Shown here: one piece after another, positions 8,928 through 17,684 of the stretch
Numbering within the stretch: the stretch's first letter is position 1
Layout of the letters: each line of letters begins with the position of its first letter
NCBI GenBank assembly: GCA_945920185.1
Contig: CAMEJP010000001.1
Coordinates: 45,320 to 109,319 of the forward strand
Length of the DNA: 64,000 nucleotides
Reading direction: 5' to 3'
Origin: an uncultured Eubacterium sp.
GTDB lineage: Bacteria > Bacillota > Clostridia > Lachnospirales > Lachnospiraceae
The notes under the pieces: model-generated
What the model was told of the DNA's origin: nothing
The model's database searches: none
The model's input: only the letters and a program-made list of their open reading frames with translations
Made by a program: the position numbers and the translations under genes

Positions 8928-9986
8928 TTATCCGCGAATTTTCTTTTCCAGTGCAGCCTGATCCTGTGCAAACATTATCGCCTGCTCCTGATCAATCTGA
9001 CCGTTAATGTATAAATCATATATTGCGTCATCCATAGTCTTCATACCAATCTTTTTATTGGTCTGAATAATTGAACTGATCTGTGGTGTCTTAGCCTCTC
9101 GTATGAGGTTCTTTATAGCTACCGTTCCGTGCATCACCTCAAAAGCCGCCACTCGTCGTTTTCTGTCTGCCGTAGGAAGAAGCTGCTGTGAAATAACTGC
9201 CTCAAGTACCATCGAGAGCTGAACACGAATCTGCTGCTGCTGGTGTGGCGGGAATACGTCGATAATACGGTCGATTGTACTTGCCGCACCTATTGTATGT
9301 AATGTAGAGAATACAAGGTGACCCGTTTCAGCTGCCGTTACGGCTATGGAAATGGTCTCCAAATCTCTCATCTCACCTACAAGAATAACATCAGGATCTT
9401 CACGGAGTGCAGCTCTAAGAGCGTTCGCATAAGAATTTGTATCAAGTCCGACTTCTCTCTGATTTACCATTGATTTCTTGTGCTGGTGAAGGTACTCGAT
9501 AGGATCCTCCAGTGTGATGATGTGTGAATCCATATTCTCGTTTATCTTATCAATAATAGCTGCCAAAGTGGTAGATTTACCGGAACCTGTAGGACCTGTG
9601 ACTATAACAAGACCTCTCTTCCTCTTGTAAAGGTTTACAACTGATTCAGGAATGCCAAGTTCTTCCGGTGTAGGAATCCTTGTAGATACAAGACGGAATG
9701 CCGCTGCCAGTGTTCCTCTCTGTCTGAATGCATTAACACGGAAACGTCCTACCTGATTGACTGAAAGCGAGAAATCGACTTCACCCTTTTCAAGAAGTAT
9801 TTCTCTGAGTCTTGTGTTCAGGATTTTATTAATCATTTCATTGGTATCCTCAGGCATAAGCTTCGGAAAATCCATGTTCATAAGAGTGCCGTTCACTCTC
9901 ATCTTAGGAGGTACTCCGACTGTGACATGCACATCGGATGCCTTTTTCTCTTTTGCTACTGTAAGTAACTCTTCAATGGTAACCAT
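8928..9986 (-). CDS. pilT: Twitching-motility (retraction) ATPase PilT
   Basis: It has Walker A GPTGSGKSTTLAA, LVGEMRD, and the PilT signature AIKNLIREAKTPQI. I choose the start MVTIEELL at 9986 (GAGGA ~5 nt upstream). The ORF-track start at 10007 is 7 codons longer. Confidence 0.9.
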   Translation of the reverse strand: MVTIEELLTVAKEKKASDVHVTVGVPPKMRVNGTLMNMDFPKLMPEDTNEMINKILNTRLREILLEKGEVDFSLSVNQVGRFRVNAFRQRGTLAAAFRLVSTRIPTPEELGIPESVVNLYKRKRGLVIVTGPTGSGKSTTLAAIIDKINENMDSHIITLEDPIEYLHQHKKSMVNQREVGLDTNSYANALRAALREDPDVILVGEMRDLETISIAVTAAETGHLVFSTLHTIGAASTIDRIIDVFPPHQQQQIRVQLSMVLEAVISQQLLPTADRKRRVAAFEVMHGTVAIKNLIREAKTPQISSIIQTNKKIGMKTMDDAIYDLYINGQIDQEQAIMFAQDQAALEKKIRG

Positions 9987-10046
9987 CTTTTCCTCATTTC
10001 TGCACATCTGTGCTTATAAATATATCGGCTGAGTATGTATAAAACT

Positions 10047-11750
10047 TTAGCCCGCCTCATAGGCAACCTTCATCATTTCATTAAATGATGTTATGCCCTC
10101 TTTAACATAGTAGGCAGCCGACGCCTTAAGGGAACTCATTCCCTCCTCAACGGCAACCTGTTTTATCTCATCGGCATCTCCGCCTTTTGTTATAACATGC
10201 TTAAGCTTAGTGGTGATAGGCATTATCTCGTATATACCGATTCGTCCCATATATCCTGAGCCGCCGCATTTGCTGCATCCGACAGGCTGATAAATTATAC
10301 ATTCTTTATCCAGTGGAACGCCCATCTCCATCTTCTCTTCTTCGGTAGCGTGTTTTTCCTCCTTGCATGTACAGAGTCGTCTTACAAGTCGCTGGGCAAT
10401 AATACCTACAACGGAATCCGATATAAGATACGGTTCAACACCCATATCGATAAGACGTGTAACGGTACTTGCAGTAGAGTTGGTATGCAGTGTACTTACA
10501 ACAAGGTGTCCCGTGATAGCCGCCTTAACCGCGATATCGGCTGTCTCGGAATCTCGAATCTCACCGATCATGATGATATCCGGATCCTGACGGAGAATAG
10601 ACCTTAATGCATTTGCAAATGTCATATCCGCCTTGTTGTTTACCTGAACCTGATTGATACCGTCAATATTTGCCTCGACAGGATCTTCTACCGTGATAAT
10701 ATTAACATCCTCTGTATTAAGCTCACTCAAAGCCGTATAAAGAGTTGTAGATTTACCGGAACCTGTAGGACCTGTTACAAGGATGATGCCGTGAGGATTC
10801 TTAAGAATATTATCAAATTTCTTAAGGTCCACGTCTCTAAGACCGAGATCCTTTTTATCTCTGTTAAATCCTTCTTTTGAAGCGATACGCATAACGACCT
10901 TCTCGCCGTATACGGTAGGAAGATTAGATACACGGATATCATACTCTCTTCTGTCTACATCAATGGTAATACGACCGTCCTGAGGCTTTCTCTTCTCGGA
11001 AATATCCATACCTGACATAATCTTAAGTCGGGCAATCATAGCGGTAAATATACTCTTGTCATAAACATTAATCTCACGAAGACTTCCGTCGATACGGTAT
11101 CTTATTCTGACATTGTACTCAAACGGCTCTATGTGAATATCGGAAGCTCTCATACGAACTGCCTGCTCGATAATGGAGTTAACAAGCTTAACGATAGGCG
11201 CGTTCTCAAGTTCTTCCTTTCTGGCTGCTTCCGCCAAATCATCTTCTGCATTAGTGTCTGCCTGTTCCTGTTTAATCTGCTCGGCAATATCATTTGCCTG
11301 AGATTTACCATATACCTTATCTATGACGGAATTGATATGATCCCTCATAGCAAGTATAGGCTTTACCTGATAGCCGGTATATATATTAATGTCATCCATG
11401 GCATCAAGATTCATAGGATCCGACATAGCAACAACTATCATATTTGTATTGCTCTCATCATGATAGAGCGGAATAAGATTATACTTACGGAGGAATGATT
11501 CAGGCAAAAGCTTGAATACATTTTCATCAAGAGCTATCTCTCTTACATCAATATAATCAATGTTAAGATGCTTTTTCAGAACCTCAATCATAACATCCTG
11601 CGGCACATATCCCAGCTCAACTATTGTGTCGCCAAGGAGTGCGCCGGTCTTTTTCTTTTCCTCTAAAGCTATCTGTAACTGTTCTTCTGTGATGAGTTCT
11701 CTTGATAAAAGAAGCTCACCTATACGCATTTTCCTTTTAAAACCAGACAT
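10047..11750 (-). CDS. pilB: Type IV pilus assembly (extension) ATPase PilB (GspE family)
   Basis: It has the T2SSE N-terminal domain (IGELLLSRELITEEQLQIALEEKKKTGALLGD), Walker A GPTGSGKSTTLY, and the tetra-Cys motif CTCK..C..CSKCGGSGY. The start MSGFKRK is at 11750, with GGAGG ~6 nt upstream. Confidence 0.9.
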   Translation of the reverse strand: MSGFKRKMRIGELLLSRELITEEQLQIALEEKKKTGALLGDTIVELGYVPQDVMIEVLKKHLNIDYIDVREIALDENVFKLLPESFLRKYNLIPLYHDESNTNMIVVAMSDPMNLDAMDDINIYTGYQVKPILAMRDHINSVIDKVYGKSQANDIAEQIKQEQADTNAEDDLAEAARKEELENAPIVKLVNSIIEQAVRMRASDIHIEPFEYNVRIRYRIDGSLREINVYDKSIFTAMIARLKIMSGMDISEKRKPQDGRITIDVDRREYDIRVSNLPTVYGEKVVMRIASKEGFNRDKKDLGLRDVDLKKFDNILKNPHGIILVTGPTGSGKSTTLYTALSELNTEDVNIITVEDPVEANIDGINQVQVNNKADMTFANALRSILRQDPDIIMIGEIRDSETADIAVKAAITGHLVVSTLHTNSTASTVTRLIDMGVEPYLISDSVVGIIAQRLVRRLCTCKEEKHATEEEKMEMGVPLDKECIIYQPVGCSKCGGSGYMGRIGIYEIMPITTKLKHVITKGGDADEIKQVAVEEGMSSLKASAAYYVKEGITSFNEMMKVAYEAG

Positions 11751-11802
11751 AACTGCCTCCATTTTCAAGCAAAGGTATTTCTACTCATATATCATATAGT
11801 AT

Positions 11803-11831
11803 ATTCTATCACATTATTATCCCGTTTTCAA
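11803..11831 (-). promoter_or_regulatory. Candidate sigmaA promoter of the pilus operon
   Basis: The minus strand reads TTGAAA-17 nt-TAGAAT with a TG at the extended -10 position (gTGaTAGAAT). It lies ~50 nt upstream of the pilB start. Confidence 0.5.
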
Positions 11832-11876
11832 TTATTTTTTATTACTTTTTAACAAATGTAATCTTTTGTATTTTCA

Positions 11877-12959
11877 TCATTTTCCAGAAACCTTTGAAAC
11901 CAAGTATTCCGAGGACTTTTCTTCGATATATAAACCGTAAAGCTCCTCAAAACTTTCGCCACAAAAATATTTTTCCTTAAGATTGTTTGTGGGCACAACA
12001 AGCTCACCCGTTGCCGATATATAGACATTTTTAAGTTCAAAAACAAAATATCCTTTCATCCCGGAACTTCCGTTGCTTATGTCTGCACTGTATGCATAAT
12101 AGAGATAATTGTTGTCCCTTCCATACTTAATATTCTTTTCCTGCAGGAAATATATGCCGACAAGTTCTATGGCACTTGCGGTTTCAACACTGCTTGAAAG
12201 CAGATACTCAGGATTGTCCGTAATCCGCCACATCATATGCTTTGTGGTATCAGCTGTATCATCCGATATGACATCCTTGCAAAGTGAAGCGGTTTTATCA
12301 ATCACCGCCTTGTCAAGTTCAGCAGTACCTTCGGGATAAGCACTGATATCTCCTATGACATATTTCTGCGAAATCTGTTTAAATGTATATCCTTTCCGCC
12401 CTTCCTCTTCCTCGTTGACCTCGACAAAAACCTCAACTTCATCCCCTGCCTTAAACATGGCTTCGGAATCATATTTGTAAGTAAGTTTTGAAACGTACTC
12501 ATTCTCAGAAGCATTTTCCAATACAAGATGCACCTTCGGGCTTATGCCCTCAAGTTTTACCGTAAGTTCAGAAAATGCATCAACTGTTATGCCGTCTTTA
12601 ATCCCTTCCGGCTTTATGCTGCATTCCGAAATATCAATACGGTTCTTTTTTATATAGCTTTCATCAGCTTTCATACTGATTACGGCACCTTTGTTTGAAA
12701 TGTGTCCGTTATCCTTAACCGTAAGTTCTAGAGATTCGACAAACTTCTTTGCATCGCTCTTTGACAATATCTTCTTATCCGCAAGAGCGGCTGCCAGGGC
12801 ATCCTTGTCCAAAGAAACCGTCACCGTCGCATATCCGTCATACCCTTCTCCCACAACTTTAACATAATCTTTTACCGCCACATGCTTTTTACTGCAGCCC
12901 ACGGCAAAAATCAAAGTAAACACCGCCAATACGCACAAAAAATATCTTCTATTCTTCAT
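11877..12959 (-). CDS. Hypothetical lipoprotein (360 aa)
   Basis: The signal peptide and lipobox read MKNRRYFLCVLAVFTLIFAVG|C. I recognise no domain. Confidence 0.7.
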   Translation of the reverse strand: MKNRRYFLCVLAVFTLIFAVGCSKKHVAVKDYVKVVGEGYDGYATVTVSLDKDALAAALADKKILSKSDAKKFVESLELTVKDNGHISNKGAVISMKADESYIKKNRIDISECSIKPEGIKDGITVDAFSELTVKLEGISPKVHLVLENASENEYVSKLTYKYDSEAMFKAGDEVEVFVEVNEEEEGRKGYTFKQISQKYVIGDISAYPEGTAELDKAVIDKTASLCKDVISDDTADTTKHMMWRITDNPEYLLSSSVETASAIELVGIYFLQEKNIKYGRDNNYLYYAYSADISNGSSGMKGYFVFELKNVYISATGELVVPTNNLKEKYFCGESFEELYGLYIEEKSSEYLVSKVSGK

Positions 12960-12995
12960 TTTTACCTCGCATTCATATAACTGTTATATACTATT

Positions 12996-14498
12996 TTACC
13001 TTTTTTTCCCTGTCAGGTCAAGTGTGCCGTACACTCTTTGATACCTTTCAACAATCTCATCTGTAATTTCCTGTTCTTGCGCACTTGCATTTTCCCTGAT
13101 ATCGTCCGTACATAATGTTTGTTTATCAGACATCATAAGTCCAAGCACCAGTTTTAACCTGTTTTTATAGCGTGCGTCAAGACTTGATACTGTTTGCCCC
13201 AAAACATCCTCAAGATAGCAACACCTTGCCATTTCTTTCGATAATCCTATTGACGTATACTCAGTTTTGTCAGCTTTTATGGCATACATCAGCATCAGAT
13301 TTTCAGCGACGGTCATTTCCGGTATAACAAGCATAAGCCTGCCATACATTTTATCGAGTTCCTGAAAACCTTTGTAAAATCTTTTCTTATCAAATACAAT
13401 CATAACGCCCACAGTCATTGCCGCAAAAATCATATACAAACATGCCAGATTTTTAGGCGTTCCCAATACGTCTCCTGATTGAAGCACTGCCAAAGCAAAT
13501 ATTATATGCGGAATGAAATCCATAATAACGCTGTTTCTTATAAACTTCTTTCCTTCTTTTTCAGACGCTCCGTGAGAAGTATACAAAGCTATCTCAGGTG
13601 TCAGATTGTATCTCATTCGTCTTAATCCAAAATACAGCACGGCAACATATAAAACGCTCATAAACACAGGCACAGTGAACATCAGCACTCTTAAAAATCC
13701 CGAACTCACAGGCACATACTCGTCAAACGAAGTCACATCTCCGTACTTTTCGATATTATCCATTTCCAAGACATCATATTTGTCTTTGTCAAACACAATA
13801 CTGTAGTCTACGTCAGCATAATCTTTTGCCACCGTCGACTGTGGATTAAGACAAATCTGCCTGTATTCCTGCAATACCATCCATTTTCCAAACTCCAAGG
13901 TTTCCCAAAATGGATATTCCTGATAAATGGTATGTGCAGGAAGCTGGTATTTTAATATTCCCACCACGGTATACTCTTCACCACCAGCCATAAAGACATC
14001 TCCAACCTTCAGGCTACCTCCATACACAACCGCTTCATTCCTGTCTTCCTCATACCACCTTCCCTTAGAAAGTTCCAGGTCATATCCGCAAATCGAGTAC
14101 AAGCGATACCCCTGTGTTCTAAGCCGTGCAGAAAGTTTAACGTCACACGTTCTTACATAAGCGCAATCTTCCTCGGAGTGATTATTAACAAATAATTCAT
14201 TTATGATTTTATCAAACTCAGCTTTTTGCCTTTCCCTGTAATCTTCCGTTCCCGCCGGCACAATCTTTTCATAATCCGACAGCGTAAAAATCATAGTATT
14301 GTCATACTTATCTATATTATCTATTGCCCCCGATATATGAAAAAGTCCTCTGCAAAATATAAAGCTGACCATTACAGCCAGTGATAATATCATTATCAGA
14401 ATATGCCATAAGACATTTTTCCTGAATGCAGCTTTTCTTGTCAGTTTTTTCAACCGCACATTGTCCGTATCAATCTTTACGTTGTTGTAAATAACCAT
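12996..14498 (-). CDS. FtsX/MacB-like permease fused at its C-terminus to a degenerate ABC-ATPase fragment (no Walker A)
   Basis: An N-terminal TM helix (ILIMILSLAVMVSFIF) is followed by a ~230-aa extracytoplasmic domain (EAVVYGGSLKVGDVFMAGGEEYTVVGILK), as in the MacB periplasmic domain, and then 3 TM helices. The last ~110 aa resemble the Q-loop to Walker B portion of an ABC ATPase (VIPEMTVAENLMLMY...SSLDARYKNRLKLVLGLMMSDKQTLCTDD). I place the start at ATG 14498 (GGAGG 5 nt upstream). The ORF track starts 4 codons earlier. Confidence 0.6.
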   Translation of the reverse strand: MVIYNNVKIDTDNVRLKKLTRKAAFRKNVLWHILIMILSLAVMVSFIFCRGLFHISGAIDNIDKYDNTMIFTLSDYEKIVPAGTEDYRERQKAEFDKIINELFVNNHSEEDCAYVRTCDVKLSARLRTQGYRLYSICGYDLELSKGRWYEEDRNEAVVYGGSLKVGDVFMAGGEEYTVVGILKYQLPAHTIYQEYPFWETLEFGKWMVLQEYRQICLNPQSTVAKDYADVDYSIVFDKDKYDVLEMDNIEKYGDVTSFDEYVPVSSGFLRVLMFTVPVFMSVLYVAVLYFGLRRMRYNLTPEIALYTSHGASEKEGKKFIRNSVIMDFIPHIIFALAVLQSGDVLGTPKNLACLYMIFAAMTVGVMIVFDKKRFYKGFQELDKMYGRLMLVIPEMTVAENLMLMYAIKADKTEYTSIGLSKEMARCCYLEDVLGQTVSSLDARYKNRLKLVLGLMMSDKQTLCTDDIRENASAQEQEITDEIVERYQRVYGTLDLTGKKR

Positions 14499-14521
14499 AA
14501 GTACCTCCATATTGTATTATT

Positions 14522-14590
14522 CTACCTTTTTTCTCCTGTCCGGTCAAGTGTGGAATAACTTCTTCGGGTAAAGCAAATCATTCTTTCCAA
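14522..14590 (-). pseudogene. Remnant of the 3' end of an ABC-ATPase-like gene, paralogous to the 3' end of the 12996..14498 gene
   Basis: The minus strand reads ..LERMICFTRRSYSTLDRTGEKR*, compared with ..IVERYQRVYGTLDLTGKKR* at the end of the downstream gene. By hand alignment the DNA cores 14520-14552 and 12994-13026 are ~29/33 identical. Confidence 0.4.
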
Positions 14591-14600
14591 GCGTCCTTAA

Positions 14601-14639
14601 CCAAAAAGCGCCACCGTTACCCTAAGGTAACAGTGACGC
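14601..14639 (-). terminator. Rho-independent terminator after the 14688..15716 lipoprotein gene
   Basis: The minus strand reads GCGUCACUGUUACC-uuag-GGUAACGGUGGCGC, a 14-bp stem including 2 G-U pairs, followed by UUUUUGG. Confidence 0.8.
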
Positions 14640-14687
14640 AATATTCATCATCTAAAAGCCATTCAAGACTTCACTGTTTTATTAGTT

Positions 14688-15716
14688 TTAAATTCCGTTA
14701 ACGTTACTAAGCTTCTTTGAAAACTCTGAGTATGTGATAACACTGCTTGGAGCTGAAATCTTCACATCATCATTATCTGATGATATTGAGAAGCTTATTT
14801 TATGCTCATTGCCGTCTTCTTCCATAGACATATCGCCCTTAACGGAAAGGTTGCCGTTCTTAACGCCGAAGCCAATCTTTGCATCAAGCTTAGCATCCTT
14901 AATCTCATCAAGGCTGTCAAGTGCTTCATCAATCTGTTCCTTAAAGCCTTCTACGCCTTCATCAACATCAAGATCTTCCTCAGCAAATGTCTTTGTTGCC
15001 TTCAAATCCTTTGCAAGCTGCTCAATGTATGGCTTAACATCACCATTCTTCATGGCATTGAGAACCTTCTCAATATTTCCTGCATTGATTGTAATTTCAG
15101 CATATGTACCATCAATGCTTAAAATACTGCCGCTAGGAATTTCTCCCTTAACTGACTCAAGATAATCACCGAAGAATTTAACTATTGCAGCAGCTATCTT
15201 CTGAAGTTCTTCAGGGTCTCCGCCTTCAACTCCGCTAAAGATATCTGCAACAGTCATGCCTTCATTTTGCAGAAGACCTTCAATCTCAGTCATTGTAAGA
15301 GACATATACTTCTGTGTAACACCGAGCTGCTCGAATGCAGGGACAAACATAGCCTCTCCCATATAATCATCATAAAACTTTGCAAATGCCTGAAGATTTA
15401 CATACAAAACTTCATCTGCATATATAACATCTGTTACACTATTGCCGTCAAAAACAACCTCTACCGAAGCCTTTTCTCCATCACTCTTAACAACCAGCTT
15501 GCCGTTCATTTCGTCCATGCTGCCTTCAATGGTAACGCCTTTAGCCTCAACCTTAGACATGGCATCAACTACCTCTGTAAGTGTAGCCGCCTTATTCTCG
15601 TTTTTCTTGGTGCTGTCGTTGCCGCCCTTCTTGCCGGCATTGTCCTTAGAACCACATGCTACCAAAGAAAGAACCATAATTAAAACTAACATAATTGACA
15701 AAAATCTTTTTTTCAT
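14688..15716 (-). CDS. Hypothetical acidic lipoprotein (342 aa)
   Basis: The signal and lipobox read MKKRFLSIMLVLIMVLSLVA|C, with an AGGAGG RBS. I recognise no domain. Confidence 0.7.
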   Translation of the reverse strand: MKKRFLSIMLVLIMVLSLVACGSKDNAGKKGGNDSTKKNENKAATLTEVVDAMSKVEAKGVTIEGSMDEMNGKLVVKSDGEKASVEVVFDGNSVTDVIYADEVLYVNLQAFAKFYDDYMGEAMFVPAFEQLGVTQKYMSLTMTEIEGLLQNEGMTVADIFSGVEGGDPEELQKIAAAIVKFFGDYLESVKGEIPSGSILSIDGTYAEITINAGNIEKVLNAMKNGDVKPYIEQLAKDLKATKTFAEEDLDVDEGVEGFKEQIDEALDSLDEIKDAKLDAKIGFGVKNGNLSVKGDMSMEEDGNEHKISFSISSDNDDVKISAPSSVITYSEFSKKLSNVNGI

Positions 15717-15769
15717 TTTTATTCCTCCTATTTTTTGCCAAACTTGCTTATTAAAAAGTTACAGTACCC

Positions 15770-15798
15770 AATATACAACATTTCGATTATATTTGCAA
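15770..15798 (-). promoter_or_regulatory. Candidate sigmaA promoter for the 14688..15716 lipoprotein gene
   Basis: The minus strand reads TTGCAA-17 nt-TATATT, ~50 nt upstream of the start codon. Confidence 0.4.
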
Positions 15799-15820
15799 GT
15801 ATTTTTTCATTATCATATGC

Positions 15821-15868
15821 AAAAAGCCGGCGATTAGTGAATAAAAATTCAATAATCGACAGCTTTTT
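15821..15868 (-). terminator. Terminator after kduD (symmetric, possibly bidirectional)
   Basis: The sequence is AAAAGCUGUCGAUUA-16 nt loop-UAAUCGCCGGCUUUUU. It has a perfect CGAUUA/UAAUCG core extended by imperfect pairs, and is flanked by an A-run and a U-run. Confidence 0.6.
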
Positions 15869-15898
15869 ATGCAATATAGATTTGCCGTTGCAAATATT

Positions 15899-16696
15899 TT
15901 ACTGTGGCTGCTTGCCGATGTATGCAAGGATACCGCCGTCAACGTAAAGGATATGACCGTTTACTGCATCAGAAGCATTTGAAGCAAGGAATATAGCCGG
16001 TCCAGTCAGTTCTTCAGGCTTTAACCATCTGTTAGCAGGTGTCTTGGCACAGATGAACTGGTCGAAAGGATGTCTTGAACCGTCAGGCTGAATCTCTCTA
16101 AGAGGTGCTGTCTGAGGTGTTTCAATGTAACCAGGTCCTATACCGTTGCACTGAATATTGTACTGACCATACTCAGAGCATATGTTCTTTGTAAGCATCT
16201 TAAGACCACCCTTAGCTGCTGCATAGGCTGAAACTGTCTCACGTCCAAGCTCTGACATCATTGAGCATATGTTGATAATCTTGCCGGCGCCCTTCTTAAT
16301 CATAGCAGGGATAACTGCCTTAGATACGATAAATGGTGCGTTAAGGTCAACATCAATAACCTGTCTGAACTGCTCTGCAGTCATCTCACACATAGGTATT
16401 CTCTTAATGATTCCTGCATTGTTTACAAGAATATCGATAACGCCTACTTCCTTCTCAATTTGAGCTACCATAGCGTTAACTGCTGCTTCGTCTGTAACGT
16501 CGCATACATATCCGTGAGCCTCAATACCAAGCTCCTTGTATGCTGCAAGACCCTTATCTACAAGTTCCTGCTTAATATCGTTGAAGCAGATTGTTGCGCC
16601 TGCCTGTGCATAAGCTGAAGCGATAGCAAAACCGATACCGTATGAAGCACCTGTTACTAAAGCTACTTTACCTTCAAGTGAAAAACTTACTGCCAT
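15899..16696 (-). CDS. kduD: SDR-family 2-dehydro-3-deoxy-D-gluconate 5-dehydrogenase / gluconate 5-dehydrogenase
   Basis: It has FSLEGKVALVTGASYGIGFAIA (TGxxxGIG), NNAG, and YxxxK (YAAAKGGLKMLTK). It lies directly downstream of kduI. Confidence 0.85.
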   Translation of the reverse strand: MAVSFSLEGKVALVTGASYGIGFAIASAYAQAGATICFNDIKQELVDKGLAAYKELGIEAHGYVCDVTDEAAVNAMVAQIEKEVGVIDILVNNAGIIKRIPMCEMTAEQFRQVIDVDLNAPFIVSKAVIPAMIKKGAGKIINICSMMSELGRETVSAYAAAKGGLKMLTKNICSEYGQYNIQCNGIGPGYIETPQTAPLREIQPDGSRHPFDQFICAKTPANRWLKPEELTGPAIFLASNASDAVNGHILYVDGGILAYIGKQPQ

Positions 16697-16744
16697 TTTT
16701 CTTAATCTCCTTTTTTAAAAAAATATTTATAATGAAGCCTTAGC

Positions 16745-17587
16745 CTATCTAAGGTCTTTCATTTGTACGGGATCCATATCATCAAAGTCCTGATTTTCTC
16801 CGACCATGCCCCAGATAAATGTATATGCATGGGTTGCACTTGCTGCATGAATAGACCAGCTTGGAGATATAACAGCCTCCTCATTTCTCATAATGATATG
16901 TCTTGTCTCGGTAGGTTCTCCCATATAGTGGAATACCACTGCATCCTCAGGAACTTCAAAATAGAGGTATACCTCCATTCTTCTGTCATGTGTATGGCAT
17001 GGCATTGTGTTCCATACGCTGCCCGGTTCAAGTGATGTCATACCCATTTCAAGCTGACAGCTCTCTACCTGTCCCGGAAGAATATATTTTCTTATTGTTC
17101 TGTGATTAGCGTCCTCAAGCGAACCAAGTTCCACCTTGTTCTCAGGCTTTATATCTCTTTCCGGATTGATAAATACAGTCGGATATGTCTTATGAGCAGG
17201 TGCACTGTTCAGATAGAACTTAGGAGGATTGGCAGGGTCAACAGCCGCAAACTCTATGTCGCGTGTTCCCATTCCTATATACATACCGTCCTTATACTCA
17301 AGTGTATACTTGGTACCGTCAAGTGTAATTGTACCTGCACCGCCTATGTTGATGACACCCATCTCTCTTCTTTGAAGGAAATATTCAGCTCTTATCTCCT
17401 CTCCTGCAAGCAACTTAAGAGGTGAATCGGTAGGCATTGCAGAACCTACAATGATTCTGTCAATATGGCTGTAAACAGTCTTAATCTCACCAGGAATAAA
17501 CATATCCTGAATAAGAAAATCCTCTCTAAGCCTCTTTGTGTCATAATTCTTCACATCATTAGGATTTGCTCCGTATCGTAATTCCAT
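16745..17587 (-). CDS. kduI: 5-dehydro-4-deoxy-D-glucuronate isomerase
   Basis: MELRYGANPNDVKNYDTKRLREDFLIQDMFIPGEIKTVYSHIDRIIVGSAMP aligns closely with the KduI N-terminus as I remember it (..YSHIDRIIVGG.MP). The start is at 17587 (GGAGAAG upstream). The ORF track adds 9 codons. Confidence 0.9.
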   Translation of the reverse strand: MELRYGANPNDVKNYDTKRLREDFLIQDMFIPGEIKTVYSHIDRIIVGSAMPTDSPLKLLAGEEIRAEYFLQRREMGVINIGGAGTITLDGTKYTLEYKDGMYIGMGTRDIEFAAVDPANPPKFYLNSAPAHKTYPTVFINPERDIKPENKVELGSLEDANHRTIRKYILPGQVESCQLEMGMTSLEPGSVWNTMPCHTHDRRMEVYLYFEVPEDAVVFHYMGEPTETRHIIMRNEEAVISPSWSIHAASATHAYTFIWGMVGENQDFDDMDPVQMKDLR

Positions 17588-17645
17588 TTTCTTCTCCAAT
17601 CCGAAGTACGGCAAAGCCCACTTCTAAAATAAACTTCTATCCTGT

Positions 17646-17674
17646 AATATAGCACATTTGGAATAAACTGTCAA
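17646..17674 (-). promoter_or_regulatory. Candidate sigmaA promoter of kduI-kduD
   Basis: The minus strand reads TTGACA-17 nt-TATATT with an extended -10 TG (TGcTATATT). Confidence 0.55.
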
Positions 17675-17684
17675 ATTCTACATT

